Shown piece by piece: positions 55,739-64,000 of a stretch of DNA of 64,000 nt; position 1 is the first letter of the stretch, and each line of letters opens with the position of its first letter. Source of the stretch: an uncultured virus (IMG/VR IMGVR_UViG_3300021960_000024) (Duplodnaviria > Heunggongvirae > Uroviricota > Caudoviricetes); the IMG/VR virus record IMGVR_UViG_3300021960_000024; one strand, written 5' to 3'. The notes beneath the pieces were generated by a model. That model was not told the DNA's origin, did not search any database, and was given only the letters and a program-made list of their open reading frames with translations. Made by a program: the position numbers and the translations under genes.

Positions 55739-57163
55739 GTGTTAACTGGATTGAAAACTGGTGGTGAGTTTAATCTTCTTGAGGCTAAACTGACATTATC
55801 CACAGGAGTAGTTATAGACTTGGTTGATGGTAATAGTATCATGGGGCTTAGTTTGTTTGAAAATATTGAGAGCCATAATATAGATGGGGTTGTGACAATC
55901 CAAGATTCCGTAAATTTAGGGTCAGTCGGTCCTATTATTGGACAAGAATATTTTAGTCTTAAAATTGCAACGCCCGGACTAGATAATAATGAAGAATATA
56001 ATATTGATTTTACTGACAATGCTTTTATGATTACGTCTTTAAAAAGACGTGTTGATGTCGGCAACGGCGTTCAAGCAAACATATTGAGTTTTTCATCAAG
56101 AGAATTGATAACGAATGCTAGACAACGAGTCAGTCGAACTCTGGTAGGAACCTATTCAGATATTGTCAAAACCATGTTGCGAACTGATCTAGACAGTGGT
56201 AAACCATTTTATGTCGAGGATAGTGTAGATAATAAAAAAATTGTTGCTCCAAACATATACCCCTTTGATGTAATAAAAATTGCGACAAAACATGCTATAT
56301 CTAAAAAACACAATGATCCAACATATATTTTTTGGGAATCTATGCGAGGGTTTAATTTTAGAACTCTTGGAAACATGTATTCTAAGACTCCTATCATTAC
56401 ATATCAATACACAATACCGGGCACCAGATATACTGACGGCAAGTTGAATGTTGCATTAGAAACTTCTGCTATAGAAAACTTTACAATAACAGGTACACCA
56501 AATACATTGAGAAATTATAATAGTGGTGCGTATTCCTCAAGTTTGATTGTTCATGATATTATTTCTAAAAGTTATAAAAAACATACATATAACTATATTA
56601 ATAGTTTTGATAATCAAAGACATATAGACAAAGAACTAGCGAGGCCGGTCTTGAATAATATTCCTCTCACACAGGGTGGAGGCAATTTAACATCCTTTCC
56701 CTCAAAACAATATTTAAAACCCACAGTTGGTTTTGGTAATGATCAGTCATATTTGGATGACTCCTATCAATACAATTTTACCTCAGAGAGACTCCCTGAC
56801 ATAATTCAATCTAGAGCTTCACAGATGGTAATGATGGATGGATTGTCGTTGAACATTGATGTCACTGGTAGCACACTTGTGTGTGCAGGCGATATAATTG
56901 GTGTAATAATTCCAAACACCGCAGCAAACATAGAGGGTAATGATACTGAAGACAGTTTATTTAAGGGAAATTTTCTAGTCAAAACTTTACGTCACGATTT
57001 TGATATGGGAGAATCAAGAAGACATACTATGTCAATGCAAGTTGTCAAAGATAGCATGACAAAAAATATTCCATCCCCTGATAACAATTTTGAACCAAAA
57101 CAAAAATCACCGCCGAGAACAATCAAAGAATTTGATGATATCGGTCTATATGATACTCAATAA
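55739..57163 (+). CDS. Baseplate hub / tail protein
   Basis: LFENI, YIFWES..GFNFRTL, GNFLVKTLRH; follows gp53. Confidence 0.6.
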   Translation: MLTGLKTGGEFNLLEAKLTLSTGVVIDLVDGNSIMGLSLFENIESHNIDGVVTIQDSVNLGSVGPIIGQEYFSLKIATPGLDNNEEYNIDFTDNAFMITSLKRRVDVGNGVQANILSFSSRELITNARQRVSRTLVGTYSDIVKTMLRTDLDSGKPFYVEDSVDNKKIVAPNIYPFDVIKIATKHAISKKHNDPTYIFWESMRGFNFRTLGNMYSKTPIITYQYTIPGTRYTDGKLNVALETSAIENFTITGTPNTLRNYNSGAYSSSLIVHDIISKSYKKHTYNYINSFDNQRHIDKELARPVLNNIPLTQGGGNLTSFPSKQYLKPTVGFGNDQSYLDDSYQYNFTSERLPDIIQSRASQMVMMDGLSLNIDVTGSTLVCAGDIIGVIIPNTAANIEGNDTEDSLFKGNFLVKTLRHDFDMGESRRHTMSMQVVKDSMTKNIPSPDNNFEPKQKSPPRTIKEFDDIGLYDTQ

Positions 57164-57357
57164 GGAGAAGTCCATTTATAACACCTCTATATCCAAACAT
57201 CAACAGCGAAAGGAACTTAAAATGGCTAAGACCAAAAATCGTATCAAGAAGATGACATTCCAGACCCAAGAGCGCAAGTTAGATTGCACTCCACTTTCAG
57301 ACAATGATAAATATATTATAGAGATGGCCGGATATAGAAGAGAAGGACGAACACCAA

Positions 57358-58062
57358 ATGAAGACATACAACGAACTACAGGAAGGGTTGCAAGACCCCA
57401 ATATATTTAAAGCATTCTTTCTCGCCGGTGGACCAGGCAGTGGTAAGTCTTTCGTTGTCAGAAAGTCTACCGGCGGTACAGGACTCAAGATAGTCAACTC
57501 TGATGATGTCTTTGAGAAGTATCTCAAAGATGCTGGTCTAGAAATGGACATGACAACGGCAAAGGCTGAGCGTCAGAAGGAACCTAGAGACAAACTGCGT
57601 GATCGAGCAAAAGTGGTGACGCAAAAAAAGCAGGATAACTATGTTGATGGTCGCCTTGGACTCATCATAGATGGCACGGGGCGTGACTATGATAAGATTG
57701 CAAAACAATCAAACGAGCTTAAAAGACTTGGTTACGACACTCACATGATATATGTCAATACCTCGTTGGACGTTGCACTTGCTCGTAATGCAGAGCGTGA
57801 ACGTAAGGTACACGCCTCAATTGCAACAAAATCGTGGAAAGACGTTCAGTCCAACCTTGGTAAATTCAGTCAGCACTTTAGGGGCAACCTGATTATTGTT
57901 GATAATAACGATGTAAAAGTGGATGACGGCACATTGTTCAATAGTGTGTTGAGACAAGTCAGAGGTTTGCTCAGGAAAAAGGTGCGAAATCCTACAGCAC
58001 ATCAGTGGATTGAGATGGAGATGAAGCGCAGAGGCATCACAAAAAAACCCAAGGGATTCTAA
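57358..58062 (+). CDS. Zeta-toxin-like P-loop kinase with a capsid-targeting-like N-terminus
   Basis: MKTYNELQE; FLAGGPGSGKS, VNSDD, IIDGTG, ALARNAERER. Confidence 0.75.
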   Translation: MKTYNELQEGLQDPNIFKAFFLAGGPGSGKSFVVRKSTGGTGLKIVNSDDVFEKYLKDAGLEMDMTTAKAERQKEPRDKLRDRAKVVTQKKQDNYVDGRLGLIIDGTGRDYDKIAKQSNELKRLGYDTHMIYVNTSLDVALARNAERERKVHASIATKSWKDVQSNLGKFSQHFRGNLIIVDNNDVKVDDGTLFNSVLRQVRGLLRKKVRNPTAHQWIEMEMKRRGITKKPKGF

Positions 58063-58099
58063 ATTAGCTATTGACAAAACCTTTTCCGTATGGTAATAT
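58061..58099 (+). promoter_or_regulatory. Early promoter (repeated module)
   Basis: AAATTAGCTA-TTGACA-17-TAATAT. Confidence 0.7.
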
Positions 58100-58128
58100 G
58101 AGTTATACACTGAGAAAAGGAAGACGTT

Positions 58129-58314
58129 ATGATGAATTGCAACTGGATATTTCGTGACCTGATGATCAAGAAGCGGATCATGAGAGAAGCAGGGATTGAC
58201 ATTTCCGAGCTGGAAGTCTGGAAGGATGGTAAAGACCCTGAGAAGCGTATCTCTGAAGCCTTCAAGAAGGCTGGTCTGACGATGCCGAATATGAACAATA
58301 GAGGGATTGCATAA
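58129..58314 (+). CDS. Small early hypothetical protein
   Basis: Promoter and RBS upstream. Confidence 0.55.
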   Translation: MMNCNWIFRDLMIKKRIMREAGIDISELEVWKDGKDPEKRISEAFKKAGLTMPNMNNRGIA

Positions 58315-58517
58315 TGATCCTCACCCTCAAGGGCATCACCAACAAGGGTAAGAACCGAATCAGAGAACACGGAGACAAGTGGGAAGTCCTAAAGCTTCCC
58401 CCCGGCGTTCTGGATATGACCCCAAAACCCTCATTACCCCCCATAAAATCACTGAAAACAGGTGAGTGGCGATGGCTAGATGATGTGAATTTTTCTTGGA
58501 TTCCGAGTCGATTTTAG
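58314..58517 (+). CDS. Small early hypothetical protein
   Basis: KGKNRIREHG; TAATG coupling. Confidence 0.55.
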   Translation: MILTLKGITNKGKNRIREHGDKWEVLKLPPGVLDMTPKPSLPPIKSLKTGEWRWLDDVNFSWIPSRF

Positions 58518-58546
58518 TTGACAGAATCCTTTTCGCATGGTATACT
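58518..58546 (+). promoter_or_regulatory. Early promoter
   Basis: TTGACA-17-TATACT. Confidence 0.75.
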
Positions 58547-58576
58547 TAGGTATAATCGGAAATCAAGAGGTTACAA

Positions 58577-59113
58577 ATGGTTGACAGAATTACGATGAAC
58601 AAGGGTGTTGCTCTTGGATACGGTAATCTAGACAATCTAGAGCTCGTTGGTCGTGCCTTTGGGTACGATATCTACGTTGATAAGGTTGAAAGTACATATA
58701 ACGATATTTGGGTATATGACCGCAATGTGACCAAACGAGTTCGTACTCTCTATGGTGACATGGAAACTCGCTACCGCATTGCTGCAAAGGTGGAGTTGTC
58801 GAGAGAACGTGGTGCATGGCACGTTGACCTACTCAGCGTCGATAGCCGGTACAAGGGTAATAACCTTGCCATCAAGATTTACAAGTTCCTCATGAAGAAA
58901 CTGGATATCACGCTCAAGGCAGGAACCAGCCAGTCTGCTGGTGGACGGTATGTCTGGAACAAACTGTCCAAGACACCCGGCGTTGTAGTCTATGCCAAGA
59001 AGTCGCCCTATTCCAAGGTATTTGACTTCCCCAAGGCAGGGAATCGTGAGTTGATCGGCAAGGTGTTTGACCTGTATGACAGCGATGCAGAAATATTCGC
59101 TGTTGCGGGCTAA
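58577..59113 (+). CDS. GNAT-like acetyltransferase
   Basis: LSVDSRYKGNNLAIKIY (acetyl-CoA motif A), QSAGGRYVW. Confidence 0.6.
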   Translation: MVDRITMNKGVALGYGNLDNLELVGRAFGYDIYVDKVESTYNDIWVYDRNVTKRVRTLYGDMETRYRIAAKVELSRERGAWHVDLLSVDSRYKGNNLAIKIYKFLMKKLDITLKAGTSQSAGGRYVWNKLSKTPGVVVYAKKSPYSKVFDFPKAGNRELIGKVFDLYDSDAEIFAVAG

Positions 59114-59150
59114 ATTAGCTATTGACAAATCATATTCCAGATGGTAATAT
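59112..59150 (+). promoter_or_regulatory. Early promoter (repeated module)
   Basis: AAATTAGCTA-TTGACA-17-TAATAT. Confidence 0.7.
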
Positions 59151-59181
59151 GGGATATAAGATGAGAAACAAAGAGGTTGTT

Positions 59182-59397
59182 ATGGAATTAGGTACGAAAA
59201 TTATTGGTGACTTTGGTGGTTACACTGAACTCTGGAATGGTGAGGTTGTTACAATCAGCCCGATATCGTCATGCCCGGCATTGACTCCAGAAGTCAAGAT
59301 CAAATGGGACGATGGTTCTTATTCTTGGTGTGAGTTGAGTTTTATCAACGCCAATAAAGGAATTGGTTACTTTACAGAGGATGGATATTATGAGTAA
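59182..59397 (+). CDS. Small early hypothetical protein
   Basis: RBS GAGG after the promoter. Confidence 0.55.
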   Translation: MELGTKIIGDFGGYTELWNGEVVTISPISSCPALTPEVKIKWDDGSYSWCELSFINANKGIGYFTEDGYYE

Positions 59398-59599
59398 AAA
59401 CTCGTTTGATGTTTTCAACTCTTCGAAAAGGAAATCGAAAAATAGTTATACTGCGAAGAGGAAAAACAAGATTAGGGACAGGGACATGAGCAAAAAGGAT
59501 GACATGTCTTTCCGTTCGAAAATTAGAATGTGTTCTGATGTCTCGTTTGGTGAGGGAAAATTTGCTAAGAAAAAACTAAGGGAAATACGTTATGGATAA
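59390..59599 (+). CDS. Small basic hypothetical protein
   Basis: Lys/Arg-rich; overlaps both neighbours. Confidence 0.45.
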   Translation: MSKNSFDVFNSSKRKSKNSYTAKRKNKIRDRDMSKKDDMSFRSKIRMCSDVSFGEGKFAKKKLREIRYG

Positions 59600-59894
59600 G
59601 ATTGACGCACTAACGAAGACTCTGCTCTATGAAAAAGTTGCGGTGATACACGCAGCCTTTGAGGACGCACCTACCACGGTTGCGTTTGTAGAGGTTAAGA
59701 AGGACGCAACCATCAACGAGAAGTTAGAGGCGGCGTTTGTGAAGACCAACAGCATCAATGATGGCTGGTGGAACAACGAAGGTGTGACCAAGATGTTTGA
59801 TGGTGGTGCATGTCGCAGCACAAGCATGGGTGACATGGTTTTAATTGGAAACACTAAATACAAGTGTGAAATGACAGGATGGAGTGAAGTGTGA
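59592..59894 (+). CDS. Hypothetical protein
   Basis: TNSINDGWW, RSTSMGD. Confidence 0.55.
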   Translation: MDKIDALTKTLLYEKVAVIHAAFEDAPTTVAFVEVKKDATINEKLEAAFVKTNSINDGWWNNEGVTKMFDGGACRSTSMGDMVLIGNTKYKCEMTGWSEV

Positions 59895-60169
59895 TGATAA
59901 AAGCACTATTGGTCGTAATGACTATGACGGGATCAGAGTATAACGTAAATATGCCTGATATGCAAACATGCATGGAACAAGCAAAAATTGTTTCATCGCA
60001 AGGAATGGCAGCAGCTGAAACTCTTTGTATTCCTCGGGCAGATGAAAGTGCAAGAGTCAGAGAGATTTTTAGTTTATTCGGAAACATGATACAGGAGATG
60101 CAAACTAATGAATTGGGATCGTCTTATAGCAAATGCAAGAACGGCACTAGACAATTGTACACAAACTAA
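59891..60169 (+). CDS. Small secreted hypothetical protein
   Basis: Hydrophobic N-terminus and a Cys pair. Confidence 0.45.
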   Translation: MMIKALLVVMTMTGSEYNVNMPDMQTCMEQAKIVSSQGMAAAETLCIPRADESARVREIFSLFGNMIQEMQTNELGSSYSKCKNGTRQLYTN

Positions 60170-60238
60170 ATCAGAGTGGGGCGTACAGTACTGGTCTAAT
60201 GTCCTAGCGTATCTACTGCGACAGGGACAACGCCTGTC

Positions 60239-60544
60239 ATGATTACCCTCACTGACTCTGCAAGAGACTATCTAAAATCTGTGAGTGACGGAGACTTTGT
60301 GTCCCTCGGCGTAAAGGGCGGGGGATGCTCTGGTATGCAGTATGTATGGGACTTCTCCAAGAACTGGCCAGACGTTGATTGGTCTGACCCCATTGACGAT
60401 GTGCTGGTGATTGACCCTATGGCGGAGATGTTCGTATTGGGGTCAACGATTGACTATGTATCAGAACTTGGTGGTAGTTTCCTCAAGATTATCAATCCAA
60501 CTGCGAGTAGCAGCTGCGGGTGTGGAGAGTCCTTTAACGTATAA
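60239..60544 (+). CDS. iscA: Fe-S cluster assembly A-type carrier (IscA/HesB)
   Basis: GGGCSG and NP...CGCGESF. Confidence 0.9.
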   Translation: MITLTDSARDYLKSVSDGDFVSLGVKGGGCSGMQYVWDFSKNWPDVDWSDPIDDVLVIDPMAEMFVLGSTIDYVSELGGSFLKIINPTASSSCGCGESFNV

Positions 60545-60554
60545 GCGAGAGATT

Positions 60555-60959
60555 ATGAAAATACTGACAAGTGATGAATACATCAAAGATGACCCTGTAA
60601 GACCCACATTATCCTACGCATGGCGTAAGAGTGTGGGTGAAATGTATTATATCGGTGAAGAGGATGACCCTGCCGCTATAGTGTGTGTTGCAATGACAAC
60701 ATATATTCCCAAAGATACAAGAGACATTGCCCTATCTAAAAGAGGGTTGTATGCCATACCTTACACAGTATGGAGCTATAAACCTAAAGCGGGTAGACAG
60801 ATAATTATGGACCTGAGAGATTGGGCCATATACAATGGTTGGGAACGTCTTGTAACCATGTCACCCAATACCGATATGGCACATAATTTTCATACCAAGA
60901 ATGGTGCATTTTTGATCAAACAGAATGAGACAACTAGAAATTATGAATACGCACTATGA
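60555..60959 (+). CDS. Conserved hypothetical protein (GNAT-like C-terminus)
   Basis: IKDDPVRP, YTVWSY, VTMSP..MAHNFHTKNGA. Confidence 0.55.
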   Translation: MKILTSDEYIKDDPVRPTLSYAWRKSVGEMYYIGEEDDPAAIVCVAMTTYIPKDTRDIALSKRGLYAIPYTVWSYKPKAGRQIIMDLRDWAIYNGWERLVTMSPNTDMAHNFHTKNGAFLIKQNETTRNYEYAL

Positions 60960-61369
60960 AGAATAAACATATTGCAGCACATATGAAGTCTGCATTTAAC
61001 TATGCAGAGTGCAGCACAGCAGAACGACTCAAGGTGGGCTGTGTGATCGTCAAGGATGATCGCATCATATCCATAGGATACAACGGTATGCCCTCTGGGT
61101 GGACCAACGTATGTGAGGATGAGGACTTCGTTACCAAACCAGAAGTCCTACACGCAGAAGAGAATGCAATCACCAAGCTCGCAAGGAGCAATGAGTCAGG
61201 TGAGGGTGCAACAGCATTTATTACACATGTCCCTTGCCTTTCCTGTGCAAAACTGTTATACTCATCTGGTATAATAGAGGTGTGGTATACACATCCCTAT
61301 AAGAACACTGAGGGATTGGATTTCCTCAATGAATGTATGATAAAGGTGAATGCGTATGCAAACGATTGA
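60956..61369 (+). CDS. dCMP deaminase
   Basis: IISIGYNG, HAEENAI, PCLSC. Confidence 0.88.
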   Translation: MKNKHIAAHMKSAFNYAECSTAERLKVGCVIVKDDRIISIGYNGMPSGWTNVCEDEDFVTKPEVLHAEENAITKLARSNESGEGATAFITHVPCLSCAKLLYSSGIIEVWYTHPYKNTEGLDFLNECMIKVNAYAND

Positions 61370-62744
61370 ACGAACAACCCTATCAGAGCTGGTAGGTAAT
61401 GAGCAGTATGCACGAAAGGTGCTTCCCTTTATACGAGGGGAGTATTTTTCTGACCGTACTGAGCGCATCGTATTTGAAGAGATACAGAAGTTCGTAGAGC
61501 GATACAATGCACTACCCACTAAGTCAACTCTGGAGATTGAGATTGACTCACGCCGTGATCTGAACGAGGATGACATTCGGCGTGTATTAACGGTGGTGAA
61601 GGAACTAGAAAACGACAAAGATGTGAACTTTGATTGGTTGGTTGAAACCACAGAGAAGTTCTGCAAGGATAAGGCGGTATATAATGCGATTGTTGAAGGA
61701 ATTCAAATCATTGATGGAAAGGATAAGGAACGAGGCCCAGACGCTATCCCAAGCATTCTCACAGATGCCCTTGCTGTGGGTTTCGATAATTCTGTTGGCC
61801 ATGATTACCTGTTGGATGCAGACGCCCGATTTGAGTATTACCATACGATAGAGGAGAAGATACCATTTGATCTGGAATTCTTCAATCGTATCACTAAGGG
61901 GGGATTACCACCCAAGACACTGAACATCGCCCTTGCGGGTACTGGTGTGGGTAAATCCCTGTTCATGTGTCATATGGCAGCGAACTGTATGAATCAGGGT
62001 AAGAACGTATTGTACATCACCCTAGAGATGGCAGAGGAACGCATTGCAGAACGTATTGATGCAAACCTCATGAATGTGTCTATGGAAGACTTGCATAGTT
62101 TACCCAAGACAATGTATGATACCAAGATCAATAAAATCATCAAGGAGACGAATGGACAGTTGGTCATCAAGGAATATCCTACTGCATCCGCACATTCCGC
62201 ACACTTTAGGGGACTAATCAAGGAACTCGCTATCAAGAAGAGTTTCAAGCCAGATATCATCTTCATAGATTATCTGAATATCTGTGCATCATCACGATTC
62301 AAGGGACAAGCAAATGTCAATTCGTACATGTATATCAAGTCGATTGCAGAAGAATTACGAGGACTTGCAGTTGAAACAAACGTCCCTATTATGTCTGCAA
62401 CACAAACGACACGCTCTGGGTTCTCCAATTCCGATGTGGGCCTTGAAGATACCAGTGAGAGTTTTGGACTACCGGCTACTGCTGACCTCATGTTTGCACT
62501 CATTAGTAACGAAGAACTAGAGGCCGCAAATCAGATTGCGGTGAAACAGTTAAAGAACCGATACAATGATCCGACTATGAACAAACGCTTTGTCATTGGT
62601 ATTGATCGTGGAAAGATGCGACTTATGGACCTAGATGAGAGCCAACAGGATGGACTTGCGGATAGTAACCAGACAGAGGAGAAGGATGACTTCGAGTCGC
62701 CCACATTTGACAAGACAGAGTTTGGAGAGGGTTGGAAGGTATGA
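61350..62744 (+). CDS. gp41: Replicative DNA helicase (T4 gp41)
   Basis: AGTGVGKS, ITLEMAEE, IDYLNI, ATQTTR, SESFGLP, KNRY. Confidence 0.95.
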   Translation: MRMQTIERTTLSELVGNEQYARKVLPFIRGEYFSDRTERIVFEEIQKFVERYNALPTKSTLEIEIDSRRDLNEDDIRRVLTVVKELENDKDVNFDWLVETTEKFCKDKAVYNAIVEGIQIIDGKDKERGPDAIPSILTDALAVGFDNSVGHDYLLDADARFEYYHTIEEKIPFDLEFFNRITKGGLPPKTLNIALAGTGVGKSLFMCHMAANCMNQGKNVLYITLEMAEERIAERIDANLMNVSMEDLHSLPKTMYDTKINKIIKETNGQLVIKEYPTASAHSAHFRGLIKELAIKKSFKPDIIFIDYLNICASSRFKGQANVNSYMYIKSIAEELRGLAVETNVPIMSATQTTRSGFSNSDVGLEDTSESFGLPATADLMFALISNEELEAANQIAVKQLKNRYNDPTMNKRFVIGIDRGKMRLMDLDESQQDGLADSNQTEEKDDFESPTFDKTEFGEGWKV

Positions 62745-62904
62745 CCGCATTATGGTATAAATGGTATATTCACCTAAGAGAAGAGGGTTATAGTATAGGC
62801 ACTGCACTTGTAGCTGGATGGTGGAATGCAAGTATAAACGCACAATACTGGACAGAAGGTCCAAAGAAATGGGTTGACAATAGGCCAGATAGGTATTATA
62901 GAGG

Positions 62905-63441
62905 ATGAAAATCATTGACGACTATTTGGATCAGGATGATGTCGATGCACTGAATAACCTGCACATAGAGTATGCGAAGGTACACTGGGTGGGTGCTGCA
63001 TCGAACCCCGACACCAATGCACTGACAAAGATGGTGCATTCAACGTATAACTATATAAAAGACCCTGCATTGGGTGCTACAGCGTGGTATAACGTGCGCC
63101 CAGTGGACCCCGTGTGGCACAGTGACATTCTATCCTATTGTGACGAATATCCCATAAATTCACTGCCTGAGAGTACATTCATCTATTATATGAGGTCACC
63201 AGACAGTGGTGGCCACCTTGAGATAGGTGGTCCAGGCCCTGTATCAGATTGGAAATGCACCACAACATTCGAACCAATACCCAATCGACTGATATACTTC
63301 GATGCAACATTGACGCATAGAGTGCAACCATATGAGGGTAATAGAGTATCAATAGGCATAGTATGGTGGAAGATCACACCAGATAGATATGAAGAGCAGA
63401 AAATAGACGAATACAACGTACTAGAGAGGGTATGGAAATGA
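62905..63441 (+). CDS. 2OG-Fe(II) oxygenase
   Basis: WHSD, GGHL, NRLIYF, HRV, RVSI. Confidence 0.7.
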   Translation: MKIIDDYLDQDDVDALNNLHIEYAKVHWVGAASNPDTNALTKMVHSTYNYIKDPALGATAWYNVRPVDPVWHSDILSYCDEYPINSLPESTFIYYMRSPDSGGHLEIGGPGPVSDWKCTTTFEPIPNRLIYFDATLTHRVQPYEGNRVSIGIVWWKITPDRYEEQKIDEYNVLERVWK

Positions 63442-63731
63442 GCAGAATTGAACCAAACACATATTCATATGTGACAAAAGACGGATATGAACATATGGCT
63501 GTCATGATGGAAGAAGGTAAGTACAAGGGTGTAGCATGGGGTTATACCAAGATAAATCTACCAAAAACAGAAGATGGCCGTGCAGTTCTATCCTTTGAGT
63601 TCGAAATACTGGATAATGCGAAGCTTGAATTTGAGGACATAGATGAGGAAGAGTTCATGAACCTCATGGGTGATATACTCGCTGATCAGATAGATGAACA
63701 GTTAGAGACAGGCAGGGTGAAGTTTGCGTGA
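63432..63731 (+). CDS. Acidic hypothetical protein
   Basis: GKYKGV..Y; MGDIL. Confidence 0.5.
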   Translation: MEMSRIEPNTYSYVTKDGYEHMAVMMEEGKYKGVAWGYTKINLPKTEDGRAVLSFEFEILDNAKLEFEDIDEEEFMNLMGDILADQIDEQLETGRVKFA

Positions 63732-64000
63732 TGAACCTATTCGATATGAACAGTGATAACATTACCATTAACATAGATGGTAAAGACATAGAGATGAAAC
63801 CAACTATATGCTTCGGTAAGGTATATGACAAGTGGGGGGTGAGCAAGTGTGGTAAGTTATGGAGTATAAGATTTAATAGACACATAAAGGGCGTGGCGTG
63901 TTTTATCAGGAGAAAAGATGGTTCGAAAAATATTACATGTATAAAAACTTTCATGTCGGTGCCAAAGGGATTTTGGGAAGATGGTTCTGGTTTACCTCAG

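Noticed and set aside
57090..57410. ORF between the tail gene and the kinase
   Set aside because: A shorter version from 57222 is possible, but there are no recognisable motifs and it overlaps the next gene
63728..64000. Possible N-terminus of a homing endonuclease
   Set aside because: Truncated by the window end; no catalytic motif visible
1..64000. Alternative genetic code or stop-codon reassignment
   Set aside because: Core genes are full length under the standard code and end in TAA, TAG or TGA

Overview
This window is part of a T4-like (myovirus) phage genome, probably marine. A circularly permuted two-piece tmRNA points to an alphaproteobacterial host. Core genes I recognise: primase gp61, helicase gp41, loader gp59, SSB gp32, RNase H, gp33, NrdA, Grx-NrdB, ThyX, gp2, gp4, gp26, gp48, gp53, gp54-like and a tape-measure-like gene, plus many TATAAATA late promoters and TTGACA-17-TANNNT early promoters. 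Accessory content: (1) a DNA hypermodification cluster (GT8-like enzyme, T4-type alpha-glucosyltransferase, TET/JBP dioxygenase), together with strong CCWGG avoidance whose few survivors are all CCWGGC; (2) a block of putative capsid-internal proteins, including two polyproteins cut into modules by EEV(D/E)LDE linkers; in one the linker is an identical 20-nt DNA repeat present six times, and the other contains a major-capsid/Gol-peptide-like module; (3) a curli-like secretion locus (CsgF, CsgG, two curlin-like proteins) in one run with a FecR-domain protein and a CHASE2 adenylate cyclase; (4) RNA elements: a tRNA-Arg nested in frame inside a protein gene, tRNA-Thr, a two-piece tmRNA with ORFs in its intervening segment, a hammerhead ribozyme and an unassigned late-promoter hairpin RNA; (5) a probable -1 frameshift in the tail chaperone/hub region; (6) auxiliary genes (rpsU, phoH, iscA, APS kinase, sulfotransferase, several 2OG-Fe oxygenases). 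All assignments come from motif recognition by eye; no searches were run.
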